From the IMG/VR virus record IMGVR_UViG_3300025534_000023, positions 1 to 34,895 of that record: DNA of 34,895 nucleotides; one strand, 5' to 3'. Numbering within the stretch: the stretch's first letter is position 1; each line of letters opens with the position of its first letter. Source of the stretch: a virus (Duplodnaviria; Caudoviricetes). The translations under genes were made by a program, and so were the position numbers. The notes beneath the pieces are model-generated. The model saw only the letters and a list, made by a program, of their open reading frames with translations. It did no database searches and was not told the DNA's origin. Positions 17,897-25,987 of this stretch are shown piece after piece.

Positions 17897-18127
17897 TCAC
17901 TGCCCCAACAGGGTCTTGCCGCCCAGCGGCGGGCCGGCGGAAATCGTCGTCGGCACCAGGACGGCACCTGCCGGAACCGGCGAGGCCATGCCGGGGCGCG
18001 GTGGTGTCGGCGCCATGCCAGCGCCGCTCCGATAGGCGGCGATCTTGCCTGCTATCGCGGATATGCTGTCCCTCGGCGTGATCCCCATCTGCTGGCCAAG
18101 CGGCGTTACAGTACCCCCCTGGCACAT
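17897..18127 (-). CDS. Small virion-associated protein (76 aa)
   Basis: MC start, C-terminal GGKTLLGQ; just upstream of portal. Confidence 0.6.
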   Translation of the reverse strand: MCQGGTVTPLGQQMGITPRDSISAIAGKIAAYRSGAGMAPTPPRPGMASPVPAGAVLVPTTISAGPPLGGKTLLGQ

Positions 18128-18128
18128 G

Positions 18129-18329
18129 CTACGCCCCCAGCAGCGATTTCGGCGCCGTGGTCGCCGTCTGCGTCAGGCCGAGCGGGCCAGTGAGCAGGCT
18201 CTGCCCGGCCGAGGCCATGCGAGCGCGCTGCATGGCGCCAGCGGACGCGGCCTGCACCTCGGGATTGGCCCGCGTGGGTGGGGCCGGAGGCGGAGGCGGC
18301 GGCGGCGGTGGATCGGGAGCCGAACACAT
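18129..18329 (-). CDS. Small Pro-rich virion-associated protein (T7 gp6.7-like, 66 aa)
   Basis: MCSAPDPPPP start, SLLTG..G and KSLLGA end; begins at the late-promoter motif. Confidence 0.7.
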   Translation of the reverse strand: MCSAPDPPPPPPPPPAPPTRANPEVQAASAGAMQRARMASAGQSLLTGPLGLTQTATTAPKSLLGA

Positions 18330-18365
18330 GCCCGCACGGTAGGGGGTGGGCGAAAAAAGACTCGC
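18330..18365 (-). promoter_or_regulatory. Putative late promoter copy 4 (leaderless), portal cluster
   Basis: GCGAGTCTTTTTTCGCCCACCCCC-TACCGT-GCGGGC-ATG. Confidence 0.8.
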
Positions 18366-18368
18366 TAG

Positions 18369-19880
18369 CTAGACGGAGGCGAAGGGGTCGTAATCCATCA
18401 CGGCCTGCCGCCCACGGGTCGTATCGACGCCCCAGGGCTGGCCTGCCATCGCGCTCGGCAGGACCGGCGCAGCGAAGGTCAAAGCCAGCGCGTCGCCACA
18501 GTCCGGCGAGGCAAGGCCGCGCTTCTTCATGTCCTCCTTGCGCTCCAGCAGGATAGCGTTATCGGCATCGAATCCGTACTCCACGCCGGTCAGATCCGCC
18601 TTCAGCTCCGGGTCGTCTGGGATCGCACCGCCTGCGAGCCAGGCTCGCATCAGCCCCCACATTTCCGCCCGCTTGTTCCGGTACTTGGCGCCATCCACGT
18701 CCGTCTCTGTCCGGTCCGGCTTGGCCCCGAATTGCACCTCCTGACAGCGGACCCGGAGTTGCCGGCAGCGATCCACCACCCCAGCACCGACGCCGCCGCC
18801 ATCAATGAACACCATGTCCGCGGCATACCGCTGCGCTAGTTCGGCCACCCGCGCCGCCACCTGCATGGTGTCGGCGTTCCGCAGCTTGACCCATTCGAGC
18901 ATCCGGGCATCGCGCCCCTTGCGGATGGCAATGACAGTCTGGTCGTCCCCGAACCTCGCCACGTCCACGCCTATCACCAGCGCGTCGGACCGCTGGGCCG
19001 CGACCTCTCTCTTCGCCGCCTCCTCCACCAGATCGGACGGGATGAACTGCATGGAGGAGGCACGGGGGAACTCGCCCCTAACACGGACCCGGACGAAATC
19101 GCTGTCCTCACCATAGAGCGCCACCCATTCCTCAAACAGCGCCTTGTTCACGCCCGGCACGGTCCGGCTATCCACCTTCCGGCTGGCCCATCGGTGGCGC
19201 TCGCGGCCGAAGCAGGAATGGAACCGCCCGGACGGCTTGGTCGGGTTCCCGAATGCTGTCCAGATGATCTCAGTACCCTCGTCGGTCAGCGCGCCCTCAG
19301 CTACCTCCCACACCCTGTCGTGGATGCCTGACGCTTCATCGAACACCAGCAGAATGCGCTTGCCCTTGTTGTGCAGGCCGGCGAAAGCTTCGAGGTTCGT
19401 CTCGGACCATGTGACCGCATCGGCCCGCCAGGTCTTCGCCCGCGCTGGGTCCGCCGCGACCAGCGACATGCCATAGACTTTGAACCAATGACTGTTAGCC
19501 GCGAGCCGCGCCCACTTGGCGATCTCAGGCCAGGTCTTAGTCCGAAGCTGCGGCTCGGTATTCGCGGTGATGACCGCCTTGGCATCCTCGCAGGTGGAGA
19601 GCGCCCACCACACCAGCCACGACACTAACGCCGACTTACCGATACCGTGGCCGGAGGAGATGGCTTGCAGGACCGGCATCATGGTCGCGTCGGGCGCGTA
19701 GCCGGCCCGGAGCCGCTCCCCGATGCTGATCAGGATCTCTCGCTGCCATTCGCGGGGGCCATCTGCATCCTGGAGCGGGCCAGGCTCGCCCCACGGATAG
19801 ACCGCCAGGACGAAACCCAGCGGGTCCAGCGAGTAGGCGGCCAGCTCCTCAGCAAGTTCAACCTCTGGATCACCCGCCAC
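18369..19880 (-). CDS. terL: Terminase large subunit
   Basis: Walker A SGHGIGKS, Walker B LLVFDEAS, FGNP coupling motif, nuclease IGVDVARFGDD and SPDCGDALAL; GTG start 7 nt after GGAGG. Confidence 0.95.
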   Translation of the reverse strand: MAGDPEVELAEELAAYSLDPLGFVLAVYPWGEPGPLQDADGPREWQREILISIGERLRAGYAPDATMMPVLQAISSGHGIGKSALVSWLVWWALSTCEDAKAVITANTEPQLRTKTWPEIAKWARLAANSHWFKVYGMSLVAADPARAKTWRADAVTWSETNLEAFAGLHNKGKRILLVFDEASGIHDRVWEVAEGALTDEGTEIIWTAFGNPTKPSGRFHSCFGRERHRWASRKVDSRTVPGVNKALFEEWVALYGEDSDFVRVRVRGEFPRASSMQFIPSDLVEEAAKREVAAQRSDALVIGVDVARFGDDQTVIAIRKGRDARMLEWVKLRNADTMQVAARVAELAQRYAADMVFIDGGGVGAGVVDRCRQLRVRCQEVQFGAKPDRTETDVDGAKYRNKRAEMWGLMRAWLAGGAIPDDPELKADLTGVEYGFDADNAILLERKEDMKKRGLASPDCGDALALTFAAPVLPSAMAGQPWGVDTTRGRQAVMDYDPFASV

Positions 19881-20463
19881 GGGCACGCCTCCGCACCTGC
19901 TCAACCACAGTCGCCAGATCCACCTTGCCGCTCAGTTCTAGCTTGTCGTTGAACAGACCAAGGTGCCGGGCGAGCTGATCCAACGCCTTGGTCTTATCCC
20001 AGGTCTTGATCTTGGCGACATGCTCAACCGCACCCTCGCCGCGCTCAGTTGTGACAATCTCGATTGATGCAACTGCGGCGGCGGTGTCGTCATCCAACTC
20101 GTGCGGGCGCTTCAGATTGCCATCCTCGTTGAACAGCCGGCGTTGGTCGCTGAAAGCGAGGCGGGCGATCTCCTGCAACACCCGATCCGCCGTGATAGCG
20201 ACGCGCTGGGCACGCGCGGCCTTGGCGCGAGCTATGGCGGCGGCCACCATAGCATTTGATAGCAGCCGCGAACCCTGCTCCTGCGCCGCCGCAGGGGCGT
20301 AACCCGCACGGATCGCCGCCCGCGTGGCATTCAGGTCGATCAAGTACTCCTCGACAAACCGCTGCTGGCGGGGCGGCAAGGGCTTCGGCTCGCCGTTCTC
20401 GCCCATAGGGCAATCGCTTCGGGCCCCACCGCAGCCGTTCAGACAAGCCGGGCAGTCGGCCAT
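19870..20463 (-). CDS. terS: Terminase small subunit
   Basis: RQQRFVEEYLIDLNATRAAIRAGY and DKTKALDQLARHLG motifs; alternative start at 20406. Confidence 0.92.
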   Translation of the reverse strand: MADCPACLNGCGGARSDCPMGENGEPKPLPPRQQRFVEEYLIDLNATRAAIRAGYAPAAAQEQGSRLLSNAMVAAAIARAKAARAQRVAITADRVLQEIARLAFSDQRRLFNEDGNLKRPHELDDDTAAAVASIEIVTTERGEGAVEHVAKIKTWDKTKALDQLARHLGLFNDKLELSGKVDLATVVEQVRRRARGG

Positions 20464-20945
20464 CACCCCATCCTCTCGATCCTCACCCGGCAGCGGTCGC
20501 ACATCCGATGCGTCCGCCGGTCCCGGGACCAGAAATAGTGCGTCGGCCCAGGTCCGATGCAGCGCAGCCGGTAGCGCGTGACCGTCTCGCGCTGCCGGGC
20601 CTGGACCGGCTGCAGCCCCATACCGCGCGTGCAGATAAAGACTCGCCCGCTCGGCTCGTGCACCAGCAGGTGGTTGCCGTCAGGCAGGACGGCGGTGACG
20701 CGCAGGGTCCAGGCCGCCACGCGCACCACGTCGCCTACATTCCAGGCTCGGCGCAGGCCCAGGACGTGGATCCGGCTGCGGACTGCCTTCCACGAGCCGA
20801 GGCCCAGGCGCGCGGCGATCTCCCGCCGCGACAGGCACTCGTCGAGATAGAGCCGGCGCAGCTCGGCGTCGCGCTCCGGCGTCCAGCGCGTGTAGGGCCG
20901 CCGCGACACGGCCGGCGGCTCACGGACGATCGGTCCCACCATCAT
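20463..20945 (-). CDS. GcrA-like HTH protein with C-terminal Cys/His motif; candidate late activator
   Basis: WTPERDAELRRLYLDECLSRREIAARLG...AVRSRIHVLGL resembles the GcrA DNA-binding domain; C-terminal C..H..H..CxxC; last gene before terS. Confidence 0.65.
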   Translation of the reverse strand: MMVGPIVREPPAVSRRPYTRWTPERDAELRRLYLDECLSRREIAARLGLGSWKAVRSRIHVLGLRRAWNVGDVVRVAAWTLRVTAVLPDGNHLLVHEPSGRVFICTRGMGLQPVQARQRETVTRYRLRCIGPGPTHYFWSRDRRTHRMCDRCRVRIERMG

Positions 20946-21246
20946 GCCCCATTTCCTTCGCCACGCCCGTTTCGCCCCTCGCCGCTACACCCCTAGCGCC
21001 CGCCGCTGCCGAAGCCGCTGGCGGTGGCTCTGCGCGCGAGCTAGGGGCATCCTGCACGACGTATCCCACCTTCTCCGCCAGCCGCCGCGCTCTCTCCTCG
21101 CTACTCGCCGCTCCGAGCCAACACAGGCGCCGGCCGCTCGGCGTGACCTGGCAACCGCCTGGCTCGCATGGCTCTGCGCAGGTCAGCACCCACAGCGGCG
21201 AGCAGCCGTCGCGGACGATGCGGACGCGGCGGGTGGGGGTGGTCAT
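20920..21246 (-). CDS. Hypothetical protein (108 aa)
   Basis: ATGA-coupled to upstream ORF. Confidence 0.5.
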   Translation of the reverse strand: MTTPTRRVRIVRDGCSPLWVLTCAEPCEPGGCQVTPSGRRLCWLGAASSEERARRLAEKVGYVVQDAPSSRAEPPPAASAAAGARGVAARGETGVAKEMGHDGGTDRP

Positions 21247-21473
21247 GGCCGCACCGTGACAGGCCGGCGTGGGCACAATGGCCCCTCGCAGGTGCGCTCG
21301 GCTCCGGCCGGGCAGACGCATCCGCCGGTTCGGATGAGAGGCACGCCGCCAGGAGCGGGCGGCTGCGTGCAGCGGTAGTGGTATGCGATTCCAGCGTGCC
21401 AAACTGCTGTCTTGGCGGCAGGGCCGACAACCGGCCGCCCACAGTAGCCGCACAGCGGCGCGGTCCCGATCAC
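21243..21473 (-). CDS. Small Cys-rich protein (76 aa)
   Basis: CGYC, HYRC, CVC motifs; start/stop overlaps on both sides. Confidence 0.6.
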   Translation of the reverse strand: MIGTAPLCGYCGRPVVGPAAKTAVWHAGIAYHYRCTQPPAPGGVPLIRTGGCVCPAGAERTCEGPLCPRRPVTVRP

Positions 21474-21682
21474 TCGCCCGGCTCCATGTCGCGGATCGCG
21501 GCGGCGTCGTCCTGCGCGCAGTTACCAGGCGATACGCACTTGCCGCCGTGACGTAGGCATCCACACTCCACCAGCGCGGCTGCCTGGTGCTTGGCCGCCA
21601 GGTATCCGCCCCGCCATCCATCGCGGAAGCCGGTCCGATACGCCTCGGCCTCGCCCGTGGTCATGTTGCGGAGGTCAGTCAT
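21470..21682 (-). CDS. Hypothetical protein (70 aa)
   Basis: MTDLRNMTT..., AYRTGFRDGW motif; ATGA coupling. Confidence 0.6.
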   Translation of the reverse strand: MTDLRNMTTGEAEAYRTGFRDGWRGGYLAAKHQAAALVECGCLRHGGKCVSPGNCAQDDAAAIRDMEPGE

Positions 21683-21846
21683 CGCCAGCGCCTCCGTCCG
21701 AGCACCCGGGATGCGACGAGCGCGAACCAGACCAGGGCCAGCGGCACCATGATGCCCGCCAGCCACCAACCCACGCCGCTCTCCCAGAGCCAAGCTTCCA
21801 GCGGGCTCCGATAGACGATCAGGTGTTCCATCACTCGCTCGTTCAT
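21679..21846 (-). CDS. Small membrane protein (55 aa)
   Basis: One hydrophobic helix followed by RRRWR; ATGA coupling. Confidence 0.6.
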   Translation of the reverse strand: MNERVMEHLIVYRSPLEAWLWESGVGWWLAGIMVPLALVWFALVASRVLGRRRWR

Positions 21847-22028
21847 CCCCTGCTCTCCCTCACCACTGCCTCCAACAGCGCCATGGCCTCTCGGTCGAAG
21901 TCGTGCCGCAGCAGCGCCAGCGCGGCGCGCTCGCGGTCGCCCTCTGCGTCCTCCAGCGCCGCCATGGCCTCGGCGCGGTCGCCGGCCTTGAGGAGCGCGA
22001 GGGCATGGGTGGCGGGATCGACCTTCAC
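21843..22028 (-). CDS. Hypothetical helical protein (61 aa)
   Basis: GTGA coupling with GGAGG; internal repeat DRAEAMAALE / DREAMALLE. Confidence 0.6.
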   Translation of the reverse strand: MKVDPATHALALLKAGDRAEAMAALEDAEGDRERAALALLRHDFDREAMALLEAVVRESRG

Positions 22029-22738
22029 GCCGCCTCCATGCCAAGCTGCTGTCGCAACCGCGCGACACGCAGGGCGGCGCCGGGCACGCCATCCGCCTCG
22101 GCCCGCTCCCATGCCGCGAGCAGGGTATGCCCCACCAGTTCGCGCGCCTTCGCCGCGGGCACCACCCGCTGCACGCGCGAGGCCATCTCGGCCCGGAAAG
22201 CCTCGGCTTTGGCCCTCACGGCCTCGATCTCCTCCGGAGTGCGCGTCGCCGGCTCCGTAGCAGGCGTCGGCGCCGGTTTGGCCGCGACGATCCTGGCGAG
22301 CGCGCTGCGCTCGGCCCGCAGCTTCGCCAGCTCTGGCCCTAGCCACTCCGACAGGCCGGCCACGCTTGGCCAGAAATCGAACCGCCGCAGTGCCGATCGC
22401 TGCCGCTCCTGCGAGAGCATCCAGGCCGGCACGTCCGACAACGCAAAGGCGATGGCGCTGGCCTTGGCGGCGAACTCATCCCGGCTCGGCGGATTTCGCA
22501 CCGATGCGACAAGGGGCCTCAGGAACACCGCCCAATCGGCCACCGTCGCCGGCTTCATCCGCGCATCGAGCATCCGGATGCGCCTGTTCGCTTCGGCGCG
22601 AACGCTGTCTGGCATGGCGAGTGGCTGTGCGGCCAGGTCCGGATGCGGGTTCATTGTCTGCGCCACGGCCTCGGCCAGCGGCTGGGACATGGGCGGCGGC
22701 GGAGCAATGTCGCCGCTGGATTTGGCGAGCGCGTTCAT
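22025..22738 (-). CDS. Replication-module protein (helicase-loader position, 237 aa)
   Basis: ATGA-coupled to the initiator; FDFWPSVAGL resembles the F.P...E motif of phage loader proteins. Confidence 0.55.
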   Translation of the reverse strand: MNALAKSSGDIAPPPPMSQPLAEAVAQTMNPHPDLAAQPLAMPDSVRAEANRRIRMLDARMKPATVADWAVFLRPLVASVRNPPSRDEFAAKASAIAFALSDVPAWMLSQERQRSALRRFDFWPSVAGLSEWLGPELAKLRAERSALARIVAAKPAPTPATEPATRTPEEIEAVRAKAEAFRAEMASRVQRVVPAAKARELVGHTLLAAWERAEADGVPGAALRVARLRQQLGMEAA

Positions 22739-23601
22739 GCGTTCCCCCCGATGCGCAGGTCGTCGATCAGCCAGCCGATCCGGCTCTCGCGGCTGCTGCC
22801 GCCGCGGGCGCCTGTTCGGATCTGGATCGCCTTGGTCAGCCATGGGATCGGATCGCCGATGCGGTCCGCCTCGGCCTGGTGCAGCAGGCTCGATACCAGG
22901 GCGCAGTCATCACGGGCATCGCGGCAGAGCCGACCGAGAAGGCTCCTGGCAGCGCCATCCGGCTTGCCGGTGAGCCGCTTCAACCGGGAAAGGCCCTCGG
23001 TCCACAGGACGGCCCTGGCGTCCGGCGGCGGCGCGGCGGGCGACGGCCCGCCATCCGAGCGAAGCGAGGATGTAATTACTATTCCCTGTCCCTGTCCCTT
23101 GGAGCCTGTGGCAGTCTCTGTGACAGAGGATGTAGCAGGCGCTGCCACAATCTCTGTTTCTGGCTCTGTGGCTTGCGGCGCATTTCCGCTGCCACTGAGA
23201 TTGCTGGCACGCTTCGCGGCGCGAGCCGCGCGGGCTGCCTCAGTCCGCGCCCTCTGTGCAAGGCGCGCCTCCCACGCCTCGCGCGCCTTCTCTGCCACGA
23301 CCGGGTGATAGAGGCGCCCATCCCTGCAGCGGACCCAGCCACGGAGCGCCATGGCCTTCACCTTCGGCCAGCGCGAGCCGGCCCCGGAGAGGTGCGCGAG
23401 TATGCGGTCATCATCCGGCACGCTGCCGGCCGGCACCTGGAGGAACGCCTTGCCCCAAAGGGTGAAGGCTGCCTTGAACTCCTCCCCGGTGGAGAGCGCG
23501 TACATGTCGCTGTCGAACAACCGCACCAAGTCCACCGGCATGAAGGGCATGCCACGCAGGTCGCAATCCGGCGGCGTCATCGGTTCCGGCAGATCGTTCA
23601 T
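22735..23601 (-). CDS. DUF1376 family replication initiator
   Basis: PDCDLRGMPFMP, QVPAGSVPDDD, DGRLYHPVVAEKA motifs. Confidence 0.82.
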   Translation of the reverse strand: MNDLPEPMTPPDCDLRGMPFMPVDLVRLFDSDMYALSTGEEFKAAFTLWGKAFLQVPAGSVPDDDRILAHLSGAGSRWPKVKAMALRGWVRCRDGRLYHPVVAEKAREAWEARLAQRARTEAARAARAAKRASNLSGSGNAPQATEPETEIVAAPATSSVTETATGSKGQGQGIVITSSLRSDGGPSPAAPPPDARAVLWTEGLSRLKRLTGKPDGAARSLLGRLCRDARDDCALVSSLLHQAEADRIGDPIPWLTKAIQIRTGARGGSSRESRIGWLIDDLRIGGNA

Positions 23602-23783
23602 GCCGCCCTCCTCATCTGATACTCGATTTCCGCAGACCGCCCCTCGCGCCGGTCCAGCTCGTCCGCGTACTTCCGCAGGTCATCGGACAGGCCGGCGAGA
23701 TCGGCGCGGCGGAGGCGCGCCTCGCCGCTTAGGATCATGTCCAGCAGCGTCGCGTTGATGCGGAGGCGGTCTGCGATGGTCAT
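23598..23783 (-). CDS. Hypothetical protein (61 aa)
   Basis: MTIADRLRINATLL...; ATGA overlaps on both sides. Confidence 0.6.
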   Translation of the reverse strand: MTIADRLRINATLLDMILSGEARLRRADLAGLSDDLRKYADELDRREGRSAEIEYQMRRAA

Positions 23784-24580
23784 GGCGCCTCGCCCTCGCG
23801 CATCCGCGCCAGCTCGGCATCCACGTCGCGCTTGAACACCACCGTCTTGCCGCTGGCCTTGAAGATGGCGACGAACTGAGCCTCGGTCGCGCCTTCGCCC
23901 TCGTAGCGGTCCACGAAGAGGTAGGCGCTGCGGTTTCGATTCATCTGCCGCAGAACTGCAGGGTAGTCGTCGGCGACGACGGGCTTGATCTCGACCGCGA
24001 GCTCCAACACGTCGTTGAGGCGTGACAGGCCGTGGCCTGTGCCAGCCCTGCGGAGCTCGATATAGCCCTCCAACCACGTCAGGATGCAGGACAGCCTGAC
24101 ATCTGCCCCCGCATGCTCAAACGTCGCGCGGACCTCGCGCTCTGGCCGGGCCCCCTCGATGCGAGCCGCATAGCCCCGAGCAGCCGCCGCCTTCTCGCGA
24201 TACGACGGAGCCCAATGCGAGAACATCGCGTCCGCCTCATTTCTGGCCGCAATCTGGTCTGCTTCCTCAGCCCCTCTCCGAAGCGAGGCGGCGTTTGCCG
24301 CCATGCGTGATGCCGCCTCTTGCTCGGCTCTGCGCCACCAACTTGCGGCGACCACTTCCGAGAACGCCATCCCATATGCTGGATCCAGAAACAGCGCCTG
24401 GAGCCGGTTATGAACCGGCGTGCGGCTCGCCGCCTCGGCGTCGCGCATGGCGAGGATCTTGCCATACCGCTGCCTGAACCACGGCTGCGCTTCCAGCCAG
24501 GTCATGTATTCCGCATCGGCCAGCATGTCCTCAACGGGCCTGCCTTTGTACTTGCCAAAAGGGACGGTCTCTGCTGTCAT
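23780..24580 (-). CDS. PFGKYKG-domain protein with possible nuclease-like C-terminus (266 aa)
   Basis: N-terminal VPFGKYKG...YMTWL; C-terminal AVEIKP...LRQM. Confidence 0.6.
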   Translation of the reverse strand: MTAETVPFGKYKGRPVEDMLADAEYMTWLEAQPWFRQRYGKILAMRDAEAASRTPVHNRLQALFLDPAYGMAFSEVVAASWWRRAEQEAASRMAANAASLRRGAEEADQIAARNEADAMFSHWAPSYREKAAAARGYAARIEGARPEREVRATFEHAGADVRLSCILTWLEGYIELRRAGTGHGLSRLNDVLELAVEIKPVVADDYPAVLRQMNRNRSAYLFVDRYEGEGATEAQFVAIFKASGKTVVFKRDVDAELARMREGEAP

Positions 24581-24651
24581 CTCGTCTCATCCTCTGTTGC
24601 TTGGGGCGCTTCCGGCTGCCACCGGGGCGCCCCTTTCCGTTTGCGGGCGCC

Positions 24652-24915
24652 TCACATCCCAAGGGCGCGGCGATAGAGGTCGATCAGCGCCTCTTGCTCC
24701 TCCACCTCGGCCGGCTCCTTCTTCCGGAGCGCGATGATCTGGCGCAGCACCTTCACATCGAAGCCGGCGCTCTTGGCCTCCATGAACACGTCCTTGATGT
24801 CGGCGGCGAGGCCCTTGCGCTCCTCCTCCAGCCGCTCCACGCGCTCCACGATGGATCGCAGCCGATCCGCGGCGATGCCGCCGACTTCGGCATCCTGTTC
24901 ATCAGTGGCAGACAT
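24652..24915 (-). CDS. gapR: GapR (DUF2312/UPF0335) nucleoid-associated protein
   Basis: LRSIVERVERLEEERK..DIKDVFMEAKSAGFDVKVLRQIIALRK..LYRRALGM. Confidence 0.92.
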   Translation of the reverse strand: MSATDEQDAEVGGIAADRLRSIVERVERLEEERKGLAADIKDVFMEAKSAGFDVKVLRQIIALRKKEPAEVEEQEALIDLYRRALGM

Positions 24916-25102
24916 GCGGCATCCCCTCCTGGTCGATTGTCACTGGCGGCAGGCCCTGCGCCCGCCGGATTTCGTTCGCCCGCTCCAGCGCATGGCCGAA
25001 GCATCGCTGCTCGCAGCCGACGCGGACCGCGATCTCATCCGGGCAGCCGGGCACATCGCAGCGGAGGCCGTTCGCGGCCGCGCGAACTATGCTAAGGGCC
25101 AC
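24902..25102 (-). CDS. Small Cys-containing protein (66 aa)
   Basis: CDVPGC...CFGH; overlaps neighbours in the operon. Confidence 0.55.
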   Translation of the reverse strand: MALSIVRAAANGLRCDVPGCPDEIAVRVGCEQRCFGHALERANEIRRAQGLPPVTIDQEGMPHVCH

Positions 25103-25329
25103 GGCTCATTCCTCCGCTTGATCGGGACATATCGGACCACCTGCATGAGCCCCATGGCATTGAGGATGCCTTGGCTGATGCCGCGGGATCCGTTCAGCGC
25201 CTGGCAGACCTGCGACCGCGTGACTGAGTGGCGTGCGGCCCATCGGGCCTGCCCGCCGGCCATCTCGACCTGGCGGGCCAGCTCGGCGCGGAGCTGTGCT
25301 TCTGTGAGGGCGATGGCTTCGTCGCTCAT
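25087..25329 (-). CDS. Small HTH protein
   Basis: GGQARWAARHSVTRSQVCQALNG Cro/XRE-like motif. Confidence 0.7.
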   Translation of the reverse strand: MSDEAIALTEAQLRAELARQVEMAGGQARWAARHSVTRSQVCQALNGSRGISQGILNAMGLMQVVRYVPIKRRNEPWPLA

Positions 25330-25781
25330 GCGGCCCTCCGAGGCGCCGCATCCGCCACCTGCTTCGCGCGCCAGGCCATCAGCAGCGCCGCCGCGTCGGC
25401 CGCGTGATCGGTGTCCGGCGCCCAGCCATCCAGCTTCACGCCGACGATTACAGCGGCCTTCCTGGCCCTCCCGTTACCGGTGACGGCCTTCTTAATGGCG
25501 CTGGCGGTCATCTCCCGGCGCGGCACGCCGTAGCTGTGCGCGGCCATGTGCGCGATGCCGCAGAGGACCAGCGGCAGGTCAGCAATGAAGGCGCCGCGCC
25601 CGAATGGCCGCTCCACCAGCAGCAGATCCGGGCGGCGGCACCACAGCGCATCAGCAAGCCACGCGTGGAACTGCGCCGCCGTCTCGCCAAGGTCGCGGCA
25701 ATGCGACAGGTCGAGGGTGCCGCAGCGCCCATCGGACCATGCCCAGCCTGTGCGCTGGCCCGGATCGAGGGCAAGGATCAT
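25326..25781 (-). CDS. ruvC: RuvC-like Holliday junction resolvase
   Basis: ILALDPG, LVERP, IKKAVTGNGRA, DHAADA motifs. Confidence 0.88.
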   Translation of the reverse strand: MILALDPGQRTGWAWSDGRCGTLDLSHCRDLGETAAQFHAWLADALWCRRPDLLLVERPFGRGAFIADLPLVLCGIAHMAAHSYGVPRREMTASAIKKAVTGNGRARKAAVIVGVKLDGWAPDTDHAADAAALLMAWRAKQVADAAPRRAA

Positions 25782-25987
25782 ACCGCCGTCTCCCGCAGTA
25801 TGAAGCTATGCTCGCGTCGCTCGATCCGGAGCCCCGCGCGGCGCATGTGGCTTATCTGCCACTTGAGGAATTCCCATGTGGTCTGCGCACCCGTGCAGAG
25901 ATACCGGCCGGCGACCGGCGTCCCCGCGGCGGCGCGGAGCATCCTGGCGATGACGGTCTGCTGTGGGGTAAGCTGGGGCGCGCTCAT
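25778..25987 (-). CDS. Small winged-HTH-like protein (69 aa)
   Basis: LTPQQ...LKWQISHMRRAGLRIE; ATGA overlaps. Confidence 0.55.
   Translation of the reverse strand: MSAPQLTPQQTVIARMLRAAAGTPVAGRYLCTGAQTTWEFLKWQISHMRRAGLRIERREHSFILRETAV

Noticed and set aside
21679-21846. Small membrane ORFs (also 26855-26959, 32960-33106) as holins
   Set aside because: They lie in early operons with no endolysin or spanin nearby
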